Assembly: GCA_043228905.1 (NCBI GenBank)
Contig: JBHGNT010000001.1
Location: forward strand, 26,784,001 to 26,848,000
Length of the DNA: 64,000 nucleotides
Direction of reading: 5' to 3'
DNA from: Azolla caroliniana
Lineage: Eukaryota > Plantae > Polypodiophyta
Shown: positions 48,253 to 59,993 of the stretch, in pieces
Layout of the letters: each line of letters opens with the position of its first letter
Numbering within the stretch: position 1 is the stretch's first letter
Program-made: the position numbers and the translations under genes
Notes under the pieces: model-generated
Told to the model about the DNA's origin: nothing
The model's input: the letters and a program-made list of their open reading frames with translations, nothing else
Database searches by the model: none

Positions 48253-51113
48253 TTATTTTTTTGTTTGTTTGGACCACGTCATTTTCTGGTCCCCCCCCGA
48301 TTTGTTCGGGTCGGTTCGCGCTGATACCGGATCCTTCTGTCGGTTTTCCGGGATAGTCTTTGTTAGTATCGGTGTCGGTTCTTCCTCGGTCCGGATATCT
48401 GCAGCAGCGTCTGTCGGTGTCGGTTCCTCCTCGGTCCGGATATCTTCAGCAACGTTTGTTGGTGTCGGTTCCTCATCTTGCCGGATTTCCGGGTTTTGCT
48501 TGAACGGGTTGGCTGGCATATTTCCCTTATACGGCTTTAGGCAAAACCCATTTGCCCACTTACCTATGACTTCTCTAGACAACGTGCCGAGCTGATACGA
48601 CCCATTGTACTCCTTGGTGATCCAGAACAGTCCGGTCCACCGAAACCGCAACTTTCCCGGCATGTTCCCCATCCATGTCTGGAACAGTAGCACCGGTTTC
48701 CCGACTTCGAACTCCTTTTCGTTGCCATGCCGGTGTCGGTCGACGAAAGCTTTTCTCCTCCTTTGCTCCAGTTCGAGTTGTAGTAAGCTGGCTATTCGGT
48801 TTTCTTCTAATTCCAACAACGTCGCCAGCCGGATTCGTTCGGACTCCTTCTCACTTAAGCGCTCCTTTACCTGGATCCGTAAGCTGGGGATCTGGAACTC
48901 TACCGGCATGACCGCTTCTAAACCGAATGCTAGTCGGAACGGGGTTGTCCGGATGCTAGTTCTGTACGTTGTTCGGTACGCCCATAGCGCGCTTTGCAAT
49001 TTCGTATCCCAGTCGGTCTGGTTCTCGTTGATGATTTTTCGTAGGATGTTCTGCAGAGTTTTGTTCGTTGATTCCGCTAGTCCATTGGCTTGAGGGTAGT
49101 AGGGAGTACTCTTTTTATGTACCACCGCGTAAAATGACGTCAGGCTTTCTACTACCTGCCCGAGAAAATGTCCTCCTTGGTCACTTATAAGCTCGATCGG
49201 GCATCCATACCGGCACCATATGCACTCGTATAGGAACTTTGCCGTGGACGCGGCCGTGTTGTCCCGTAAGGCCTTTGCTTCTACCCATTTGGTGCAATAG
49301 TCGGTCGCCACTATGACATACTGATTTCCGGTTCGCATTGCCGGCGGCTTGAAGGGACCGACAAAGTCCAAACCCCACTTTTGAAACGGTTCCAATGGCA
49401 AGACCGGGTGGTGTGGCATCCGGGCCTGCTCTGTGGGTTGGCCCAGTCGTTGACACAAATCGCATTCTCTGCTATACTTCACGACATCTTTTAGAGTAGT
49501 GGGCCACCATAGTCCGCTCTGCCATATTTTCCGAGCGGTTGCGTCGCCGGCATAATGCCCGCTGGCAATTCCACAGTGGGCTTCCCTAAGGATTAGATCC
49601 TTCTCATCGCTCCGCACTGCTCGTCTCCAGATGCCATCTGCCCCCTTGTGATAGAGGGTGTCTCCAACCAAGCAGAAATGTCTGCTTCTTACTGCTACCC
49701 TTTTCCTTTCATCGCGGTCCATGTTTTCCGGGGGTACTCCGGTGCTCAGGAATTGATGCATCTCAGTTAGCCACGTGTCTTCATCGGCTACCGTTGCATC
49801 CGTTGCCGATTTCGTCGTGATCCGGAACAACTCAGCATCGGGGAACTCATCCTGGACGCCGTCCCCTGCTTCTCCGGATTCGAGTCTGCTTAGGTAGTCC
49901 GCTACCGCATGCTGCGCCCCGGGTCGGTGGAAAATGTCGAATTCAAATTCCTGTAACAACAGTGTCCATCGTGCAATTTTTCCCATCAGGGATGCCTTCG
50001 AGACCAGGTAGAGTAGTGCCGAATGGTCGACATGGAAGGAAAACTTCCTTCCGAGCAGATAGTGCCTGTACTTTGTGACACTTTACACCATTCCCAATGC
50101 CTCGCGTTCCGTCGTAGAGTAGTTCCGTTCGGCTTTTCAGAGTTTCCGGCTTGCGTAGTACACCGGTCGGTACCATTTCGGCTCCGTGAGTTGCATCAAA
50201 ACGCTGCCGATTGCTACGTCCGACGCGTCGACGAAGACGTGAAAGCTTTTACTCCAATCCGGCGGTTGCACCACCGGAGCTTGCGACAGCATAACCTTCA
50301 ACGCTTGGTAGGCTTCCTCCTCCATCTCCGCCCATAGGAAGGGTACCCTGTGTACGGCGGTATGTAATGGTGTAGCGAAGTCTGCGAGGTGTTGTATCAT
50401 CCGGCTATGCCACCTTATTTGGCCCAGGAACCGGCTTAAAGCCTTTGCGTTATTTGGTGTTGGTGCCTCGAGAATCACCTTGACTTTATCCGGATCTACC
50501 ACGATTCCTTCCTTACTCACCACGTGCCCTAGTAAGTTGCCGCTTGCCACTCCAAAGACGCACTTGGTCGGGTTCAGACTAAACCGGTACTCGCGACACT
50601 TCTCCAAGCACAACCGGAGGTGATCGAGATGCTCTCCGTGCCGGCTGTAGACCGCGAAATCGTCAAGGAAGACCTGCATAAAACTGGGGATATATTTCCC
50701 GAAAATTTCCATTATTATCCTTTGAAAGGTCGTTGGAGCCGTCTTTAGTCTGAACATCATCACGACCGCGACGAACACTCCCCATTCCGTAACGAACGCT
50801 GTCTTCTCCTGGTCGGCCGGGTTCATTCGTATTTGGTTGTAGCCAGGTAAATCCGACCCGGAGGAGCTTATCAATTTCCTCCTTCACCTTCGCCGCATAA
50901 TTCGGATTCATCCGGTACCTGTGTTGAGCGATCGGTTTCGCGTCCGTACTTAGGTGAATTTGGTGCTGATAGAGCTGGGGGTCCAGCACTCGCATGTCTT
51001 CGTACGACCACGCGAACAGATCCTTGAAGTCTGTTAATAATGCTACCATTGCCTTCTTTTCTTCCTTCGGCAATTCCTTTGCGACATTTACCGGTTGGGG
51101 CTTGTCTGTTGTG
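48253..51113 (-). pseudogene. pol: E pol 3' part (RT with internal deletion, RNase H, integrase with 13-aa C-terminal repeats)
   Basis: MNPNYAAKVKEEIDKLL, QVFLDD, FVDASD, WGLDFVGP, PYYPQANGLAE; DIRTEEEPTPT repeats at about 48370-48485. Confidence 0.92.
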
Positions 51114-51118
51114 CCGAG

Positions 51119-51209
51119 TGTTGGAGACAAGGTCGTCTATGCGGAAGATCAAGAAGCATTCGATTCTGTTCTGTACCTGCGTATGACAGTTTCTAGGTCG
51201 TTGCACAGA

Positions 51210-51269
<60 letters not shown>

Positions 51270-54200
51270 CACAAAACGACTCTTTCTATTCCATAAAGCA
51301 ATAATACAACCCAACCTTACAAAAAGGTTACAAGGTCATTATATATAGTGACAGACTTAGGGCATCTACCATTTATGCTAATTACACAAATGGCCCAAAC
51401 TTGATCTATACAAAGGGATAGTGTGAATACGTCCATTATACACTTGTATTCGACACTCCCCCATAATGGGCGTATACATGGGTTATCTAAGATTACAGGC
51501 ATAAACCTAGGTTCTCGGACATATCAGTTTTGTTCGAGTCGGCAGGGTCCGAAGGCAGAAGACCGAACTGGTCGGGTCGGAAGAGTTGAAGCCGATCTTT
51601 AAGGAACTGATGTCGGTTGTCGGAAACCATCCTGCGATGTGTCCGGCTCTAACCGGACTGGTTTGTCGTTACGCCCATCTGATGCCGAAGGGACCGAAAG
51701 CGGTCTGCCGAAAGACACTTGGTCATTCCATCTGCGACATTGTCGGTTGTGGATATTTTCTCTAGACCGATTTTCCCTGAAATGACGCAGTCCCGAACGA
51801 AGTGATATCGAACGTCGATATGTTTGGAGGCGTTGTGGTGAACCGGATTTCTCGACAAGGCAACAGCACCTTGACTGTCGCTATAGACAACTGGAGCCGA
51901 GTCATGGTCGACTTGCCGAAACGTGTGCGCCAGCCGGCCGAGCCATAAAGCTTCTTTTGCAGCGTCGGACGCAGCTACATATTCTGCTTCGGTCGTTGAG
52001 GTCGCTGTGCACTCCTGAAGTTTCGACTTCCACGAAATTGCCCCATTGCCGAATTTGAAGCAGTATCCAGTTGTTGATTTCCGACTGTCTATACAGCCAT
52101 CGAAGTCCGAGTCGGTGTAACCGACTACGCCTGTAGTTGAGTTCGGACCGAAAAGAATGCCGTGGTCTTTTGTGCCAGCCAGATATTTGAACACATGCTT
52201 GACTGCGTTCCAATGCGATCGGCCCGGATTGTGCATAAATCTGCTAACGACTCCTACGGCATGAGAAATATCAGGCCGTGTCGCGACCATCAGGTACATA
52301 AGGGAGCCGACTGCCGGTGCATACGGTACCGACTTCATATCTTCCCCCTCCGGACCGGATGTCGGGCAGTCTCGCTGAGAGAGCCAAAGATTCATGGGGA
52401 GCGGGGTTGAAGCAGATTTGGCTGATTGCATGTTGAAGCGTTCCAAGACACGTCCGATATAGTCGGTTTGAGACAAAAAAAGATGTCGTTGATCGCGATG
52501 CCGACTAATCTTCATGCCAAGTATGTGTCGTGCCGGACCGAGGTCCTTCATGGCAAACTTCAACTGCAGTTGCCGAATGAGATCGGCAAGTTCGCCCGCG
52601 TGGCGTCCAGAAATTAGCATGTCGTCCACGTAAATGATGAGGAAGATGGGTGATCCATCTTGAGCTGTGTTGGTAAAGAAACAATGGCCCTCATCGCTTT
52701 TTGAGAAGCCGATCGATTGGATGAAGTCGTCGAACTTCTTGTACCATTGTCGCGGTGCCTGTTTGAGGCCGTATAGACTCTTCCTGAGTCGGCAGACTAG
52801 ATGTTCTTGGCCAGTTGCCACGAAGCCTTTTGGCTGCTCCATATAAATTTCCTCTTCAAGATCACCATGGAGGAATGCTGTTTTGACATCTAGCTGAATC
52901 AGCTCCAAGTTGTCGGCTGCCACTACGCCGAGTAGAAAACGAAGGGTTGTCATTTTCACCACTGGTGAAAAAATCTCGTCGAAGTCGACGCCGTATTCTT
53001 GTCGGAAGCCCTTCGCAACTAATCTGGCCTTGTACTTTGGGGTGGTCGAATCAGACGTCTCTTTTAGTCGATAAACCCACATGCAAGGAAGAGCACGTCG
53101 GTTCCTAGGTAATTCGACCAGGTCCCAAGTCTTGTTTGCCCGAATGGAGTGCATTTCCGACTCCATCGCCAGATGCCAGGTGGCGGAATCGACAGATGTC
53201 GATGCTTCTTCGTAAGACGTCGGTTCGCCGGCGTCGGTGAAGAAAATTCCAGGAGAATACCTCTCCGGAGGTTGCGACAGTCTCTCGGATCGTCGAGGTA
53301 TGATTGGACTGGTCGCATCGGGTATCGAGGTCGGATGGTCCGAAAGCTGCTGTGCCGAGTCAGAGTTGTCCGAATCGGTAGTGTAAGGTTCAGCTACCCG
53401 TGAAGCTGACCGTGTGTTAAGAGCGGGGCCTTCTTGAAGGGTCGGCACATCGGAAAATGTTACCCTTCGGACTTCGATCGGTGTTTTGACTGATGGATTC
53501 ATAGCCGACTCGTTGAACACAACGTCCGAACTTCGGACGATTTGTCTGCGTTCGGGATCCCAGAGTCGGTATCCCATTTCGCCGTCGGATCCATATCCAA
53601 GGAAAATGCATTTCCTGGACCGAGGTGCAAGTTTTCGGCGATCATCTTTCGGAATAAGGGCGTACGCCTCGCATCCGAAGATCCTCAGCTTGTCGTAATT
53701 CGGCTTACTGCCGATCCATAGTTCCTGAGGAATTTGAAGTCCTAGAGGTCTGCTTGGCGACATATTGATTATGTGTACTGCCGTGAGTAGAGCCTCTGCC
53801 CAGAAGCCATCTGACAGTCCGTAGTGTTGGAGCATGGAAACTATCCGTTCTTGGATTGTCCGATTCATGCGTTCGGCAATCCCGTTTTGCTCCGGACTGT
53901 GTGGTGCCGTAAATTCACGTCGGATGCCGCGTTGTCGGCAGAATTTGACGAATTCTTCTGATTTGAACTCTCCCCCATTGTCGGTCCGAAAGCATTTCAG
54001 TTTTCGGTCGGTTTGATTTTCTACCATAGCGAGCCAATCGGAGAAGATCGAGAAGACACGATCTTTGGTGCGAATTGGATAAGCCCACACCTTTCGAGTC
54101 GAATCGTCAATAAAATTGACGAAGTAAGAGGCACCGCCGAGAGACTAATGCGGCATTGGGCCACAGACGTCCGAGTGGACCAAATCGAGAGGTCTCGTTT

Positions 54201-56468
54201 CTCTTGGTGCTGATGTCGGGTGTGATGCGGCTGCTTGTTTGCCATACTGGCAATGCTCGCAGAATTGATGGTCGGAGAAGGAGAGTTTAGGGATGTATCC
54301 GGCTCTAGATAGATGCGTAATGCCGGCCTTGCTGAGGTGTCCTAACCTTCTGTGCCATAGTGATGACACAGGAATATCCACCAAAAACAGGTTACCCTCT
54401 CTGAGCGTAACATGTAACGGATACAGTGAGTGTATCTTGGGTCCTCTAGCAAGCAGGAGGTTCCCCCTGTGGAGTGTCCACCCTCCCGAAGAAAAACCGG
54501 CACGAATGCCATCTTCATCTAGTTGTCCGACTGAGATCAATGGCCTTGAGAGCTCGGGTACATGTCGGACATTGTGAAGTACAAGTGTAGAGCCACCTGC
54601 AAGGTTGAGCTCTACTGTGCCGATTCCAATGATGTCACAGTGTTGCGAGTTACCGACTCGAACTGAGTCGGAGTGACGGATCGTATATTGCCGAAATTGG
54701 GATCGATGAGGAGTCACGTGAAATGACGCGCCCGAATCTAAGAGCCATGTGCTCGATTCTTCAGTCGTGAGCAGAACTTCTGATCCGACTGGATTTTCGA
54801 TTGATAGTATATTCGGGTCGTTTGGTGGCACATCAGCTGAGAAGCTGACGTAATTGATCTCCTCATGCCGGCCACTCTTCTTGTCTGATCTCTGAGACTT
54901 GTCGTTCTTGTTCTTGAGTGCGCGGCAGTCGGCTTTGATGTGTCCGGGTTTCTTGCAATAGTTGCAGATTCGATTATCCCGTGACTGGCTCCGTCTTCGC
55001 TGATTGTTCGGCGGCCGTGAGGAATCTCTTCCTCGTATGTTCGATCGGTCTGTCGAACCTTGTACTACGTAAGCGTCGTCTGTTGAGTCTTTGGCGAAAG
55101 ACTTTCTCCGAGCTGCTTCGGTCAGGATTGCGCTCGTGACTTCGGAGTATTTAACAGCCGTGGTTGACGCGTTGCACACGGTTGTGACGAAAGTTTCCCA
55201 TGATGAGGGAAGGCTGCTCATGAGTATCATTGCTCTGAGTTCATCCTCGATTGCCGTCCCCTGTGACGAGATTTGGGAGCTTATGCTTTCGTACTCATTG
55301 AGATGTGCTTGAACCGAATCGGATTCTTTCATCCGCAAGTTGTAGAGGCGCCGGATCAGAAACATCTTCGTTGCAGCGACCTTCTTTTCGTAGGTGTCCG
55401 ACAGTGTTTTCCACAGTTCGAATGCTGTCGTACACGATTGCACCGTAAAGTATACCGATTCCGATAGGTGCATCCGAATCGTGGCGCGGACGATTCTGTC
55501 CAGCTTCTGCCACTCAATTGGTTTGTATCCTTCTGGAGGTTCTTCATTTTCGATGGGATCGATTTGCCCCTTGACTATGAGATAGTCCTGCATTTGCTCC
55601 TTCCAGAAGTTGAAGTTCGATCCATCGAACTTTCGTAGACTCATTTCTGACGAGCCGGATGTTGATGCCATCAAATTTGGTTTCGGTTGACGAAGCTCGG
55701 TTCGGAGTTGACTACGAGCCTTGTTGGAGTGCAGCCGGTTGGCTCACCCGATATCGTTCTAGTCGGATTTGAACCCGAGTCGGTTCGGCTTCGGATATAT
55801 GTATTGTTGAACTTGCTCGAATTGACTCCGGTAACTTGAGGGACAGAACCGACTGGTCTTCCCGAATGTTGCCGAGTCGGAGTGAGCCCGGTTCGCTTCC
55901 GAATATATATGCCAAATACCGATTATTGAAACCGATTGTCTGGACCGATTCTGCTTCGGGTGACTGCAGCGACGAGAGAGACGGATCCAACTGATCCTCG
56001 CGAATGTCGATCAGCCGGATGAAGCACGAATTGGGGTTGTTGTCTTGAGACCGATCTGCACCGAGTGGTTGCAATGAGCGGCGAGCAGCGTTTGATGACC
56101 TCTTCCGATGCCGTTTAACCGAGTGGAGCACGATCGTGTCAATGTTGCACAAGGGGATTTCACCTCGAGCGGTTACGATCACAAGGAACAGAGTACAACC
56201 TGCTGGCTTACTCCAAGCGAAGATGATCTAACGCGATGAGATGCAAGCCTCGTTGTTTTTTTTTTTCTTCTTCTTCTCTCTTCTTCGAATGACGCAGGAA
56301 ACCGAATGCTGTGCAGGCTGAGACGACGTCCGACAGCGGATTGAAGGACCGAATACTGTGCAGGCTCTAATACCAGATGTTGGAGACAAGGTCGTCTATG
56401 CGGAAGATCAAGAAGCATTCGATTCTGTTCTGTACCTGCGTATGACAGTTTCTAGGTCGTTGCACAGA

Positions 56469-56506
<38 letters not shown>

Positions 56507-56692
56507 CACAAAACGACTCTTTCTATTCCATAAAGCAATAATACAACCCAACCTTACAAAAAGGTTACAAGGTCACTATATATAGTGACAGACTTAGGGC
56601 ATCTACCATTTATGCTAATTACACAAATGGCCCAAACTTGATCTATACAAAGGGATAGTGTGAATACGTCCATTATACACTTGTATTCGACA
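51119..56692 (-). mobile_element. Element H: young, full-length Ty1/Copia element
   Basis: LTRs 51119-51455 and 56378-56692 (differ by 1 substitution and (GA)n length); 5-bp TSD CCGAG; PBS TGGTATTAGAGCC (tRNA-iMet-like, 56363-56375); PPT GGGGGAG next to 51455. Confidence 0.97.
51649..55674 (-). pseudogene. H Copia polyprotein (Gag-PR-IN-RT-RNase H) with one in-frame stop at 54145-54147
   Basis: KFDGSNF..W, CNYCKKPGHIKADC, WLLDSGAS, LVHSDVCGP, RTDNGGEF, KARLVAKGF, YVDD, SKHIDVRYHF; both ORF halves share one frame. Confidence 0.95.
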
Positions 56693-56697
56693 CCGAG

Positions 56698-59555
56698 GTC
56701 CACCTCCTCCAGTTGGGATGCTTTTACCCTCTGGGATATCATCATTTCCCTCTCTAGGGATTCCTGCGCTTGTCGCAGTTCCCGGATCGCCGCTTGGTCC
56801 GGTTCGTCCGGCGTCGTAATGTACGGTTCTACTGTCGCCGTGATATCTACCTCAAATAGTGGGACGATTCGTGGGTGTTCCTCGAGGTACCGCTCGACTT
56901 CCTCGTCCGGTAATCCCTCCAACATGTTGATGCTTTCCGCATACAATGGAGTTGCTTCCTTACTGGCGATCACCCGTGGTTGCGTCGTTACTCGTACCTT
57001 TGTTTTCCCTCGCCGGAATGTGATCATGTTCTTTTGCCAGTTCTGCTTGATATGCGCCGTTCGCAGCCATGGTCATCCTAGCAGTAGGGGGTACGCGCCT
57101 TGTACATTCAGCTGCAGCACCACGACCGATATCCGGAATACGTGGCCTCCGATCGTTACTTCCAAATCCCGGATAAGCCCGATCGGTCGGACTGAGCTGG
57201 TATCCGCCATGCGTAACCAGAAGGGGCATGGTTCCCATTCCCGGATGCCCAGGTTATCGCATGTCTGTCGGCTGATGACATTTACCCCGGAACCTCCGTC
57301 AATAATTGTTCCAGCAATTTCCTTTCCTTTCACGATTTCCGTGATCGCCGGGCTACTTGTATCGACCACCGCTGGTCCTTCCTCCGGGTTGGAGAAGAAT
57401 GTCGGTGCTGGCGTCGGCTTCGGTTTGCTCACGGATGCCTATAAGTCTGCCGTAAACTGTGGCACCAACTGTAGTAGCAGTGCTAACGGCAGCACGATTT
57501 GACAGTCCTGTAGCGCTTGCCACGTCGGGTTTTCTCCTGGCTGTATGATTTCTTCGTCTTTTGGCATATTTTGGTCTCTTACTTCTGCCGCATTCTGTTC
57601 ATTGGCCTCCTTGATCCATTGCGCCGCTTGTTTTCTGATTGCCTCCTGGGCTTCCCACTCGGCGGTCTTTCCCTTTGATCGGGTTGTGACCTGTTGGACT
57701 TCTGTTATTTCGGCTGTAACCATGTTCACTGTCGGCTGCTTGTCATTGGTTTTGCTTGGGCATTGGTTACTATAATGGCCTTCCTTATGGCAGTAATAAC
57801 AGTACACCTTGTGACTGTTGCTCGTTTCTCCTTTGTCCCCGGTTTGGAGGGTGGGTATGCTTCGGCGGTCGTCTTCGGTTTTTCGGTTATCCGGTACCGA
57901 TACCGGGTTGTCATTCCTTGCTGCCTCCCGACGTTCCTCTCTTCGGAAAAATCCACGCTTCTGATTTCGTCGGAAATTTTGGTTCCCTTGTCGCCTCTCT
58001 TCTCTGCGTCGTTCGTATTCCGGGGATTCGTCTCGGTCGTACCGGTCCCGGGGGTAGCTATCTCTGCGTTTCTCCTCTCGGTCATAGTTATCGTGTCTCC
58101 TATCAGCGTATCTGTTACCGCGTTCACGTTAGTAGCGGTCGTCTCTCCGGAATCGATCCTCATCCGGGTTCTGATTGCGCGGTTCTATGTGTCGAACCAG
58201 TGCTGCCTGCCGATTTAACAGGTTATATTCGCATCGGTCCGTTGTATGGGCTCGAGAGTTACAGATCATACATTGTGTCCGCAGGGTGCAGTCTACTGTT
58301 GAGTGGCCTGAATTTAGGCATGTTGTGCATTGTAAGGCCTGTCGGAACCTCAGGTCTTCCTCCTTCGGGAGTGCCCGGTGTAACATCCCCATCGACAAGA
58401 AGGAGCTAGTCTTGTCCATTTCTAAGACCCGATCAATAACTTGGTCCATTGTGCTGGTGTGGAAATCAAGGACTCCGCACATTGTTTGAAGTGGCTCTTT
58501 TAGCGCGGCCAAAAAGACTGCTTTGGCTTCGTCTTCGGGTGGTGCTCTCGTCAGTTGGCTGTGCAGGGTCTGAAACCGAATGATGAATTGTGGCACAGTC
58601 TCGTTCTCTTCCTGTCGGGTGGTGTAGAACTGCCCGACCAATTCCTATTGCTCAACTTGTCTGTGAAAAAGCCTAAGGAATTTGGCCTTCAAGGCATCGA
58701 ATGTGGCAAAGCTGCCCAGTAAGTGCTTTGCATGCCATCGGGCCGCCGATCCTTCTAAGGTCATGCCGAATTCGGCGACTTTGGATCGTTCGGCTTCGGG
58801 CTCCGTCAGTCTTTGGGAGACATGGTTGGCTTCCCATGTTTGGAGGAATGCGTACACGTGTGCCTCCGCGTCGGGCTCATCCCGGTACTTTGGGTATGGG
58901 TACGACATAGTGTCGTCCAACTGACTCTCCTGCTTTCTCCGCTCTCTGTCCGCTGTTGGCGTCGGTGTGAGAACCTTTGGTTCCTCCGCGGTTGGTGCCG
59001 GTATCCGCTCCTTAAGTTCCTCCACGGGTGTTGCCGGTGTCCAGTCCTTTGGTTCCTCCGCGGGTGTTGTCGGTATCCGCTCCTTCGGTTCCTTCGCGGG
59101 TGTTGTCGGTATCCGGTCAGCCTCCCTCTGCGATTGCCGGTCACCGAACTCCAAGGTTATTTCTTCCTCTGGCTCTGGTGTTACTGAGTCTTCCGACCCC
59201 TCTTCCCCCGGGTCGTTTGGTGTGTCGTGGCTGCTTTTATACCGGGACGCAACACTTCCGTCGCTTTCCGACTCCGCCTCAAGTGTTGCGAATGCTTCCG
59301 AGTCCCCGTCGCCCCCGGCGAGCGTCTGTAGTATCGTTTCCGCCTCTTGCAGGCTTGTTATGCTACTGCCTTCGTCGGGGACTTGCAGAACCCGGAACTG
59401 CAGTGCTTCTTCTGCGACTCTCCGAAGAGTTCTGGAGAATGACCGATCTCGCCGGATCTCGTCGACGGCTTGCTGCAGGGCTTCCCGTCGTTGCTCTCGT
59501 TCGGTGTATCGTCTCCCTCGTTCGGTGATGTGGTCATCGTTTGGTCTAGACATCC
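56698..59555 (-). pseudogene. gag: E gag and protease (disrupted), with 12-aa tandem repeats in the gag N-terminal region
   Basis: MSYPYPKY..HVYAFLQTWEANH..EFGMTLEG.AARW; three CCHC knuckles; IIDGGSGVNVI protease; RIPTTPA.EPKE repeats at about 58960-59115. Confidence 0.9.
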
Positions 59556-59587
59556 ATCCCCCGGTTGTCCTCTGCACTTTGCAGGAA

Positions 59588-59599
59588 TCGTGGTCGTCA
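59588..59599 (-). promoter_or_regulatory. Probable minus-strand PBS of E (tRNA-Arg-like, one mismatch)
   Basis: TGACGACCACGA, 6 nt after the 5' LTR; resembles TGGCGACCAC, the complement of a recalled tRNA-Arg 3' end. Confidence 0.5.
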
Positions 59600-59993
59600 A
59601 AATAGTGTTGTCTGCCTGGCCGGACTAGCCTCAACACAGGTGTCTATCCGACACTTCTCCAAAGGGGTGGTAAGGATTGGATGCTAGGTTACACGCGTAA
59701 GATGATTACAATTAAGCACAGACGGTAAAACAATACAGAGATACAGATAAACACGCAATAATTCTATTTGTATTACTTACGTCAAAACCTTTACAAATCA
59801 TCGGATCCTTTTATAGGCATCCGGCAAGGTTACAATCGGTGCGCTTAGGCAACCGGCATCCGAATTGGTCCGTATCCGGATCGGTACAACTGTACCGGAT
59901 CCGTCCCTCCGAATAATAATTATACTATTATTTACTTCCGATCCGACTCCGCCTTCCCACTTGTCCTTGCTCTTCTGACCGGCCAACACGGTA

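Larger units (their letters stand above)
44507..59988 (-). mobile_element. Element E: non-chromovirus Gypsy element (C-like) with an extra 3' ORF and no PPT; inserted in F RT; hosts H
   Basis: 383-bp LTRs 44507-44889 and 59606-59988 (about 8 differences); 5-bp TSD CGGTA at 44502-44506 and 59989-59993; minus-strand TATA CCTATAAAAG; all ORFs on the minus strand. Confidence 0.95.

Noticed and set aside
55712-56182. 156-aa ORF in the Copia 5' leader
   Set aside because: Non-ATG start and no recognisable motif
44507-59988. E read as a plus-strand element with an inverted interior, because of the PBS-like motif at 44892
   Set aside because: The LTR TATA box and T/G-rich U5 are on the minus strand with the ORFs, and no plus-strand PPT precedes 59606; not fully excluded without other copies
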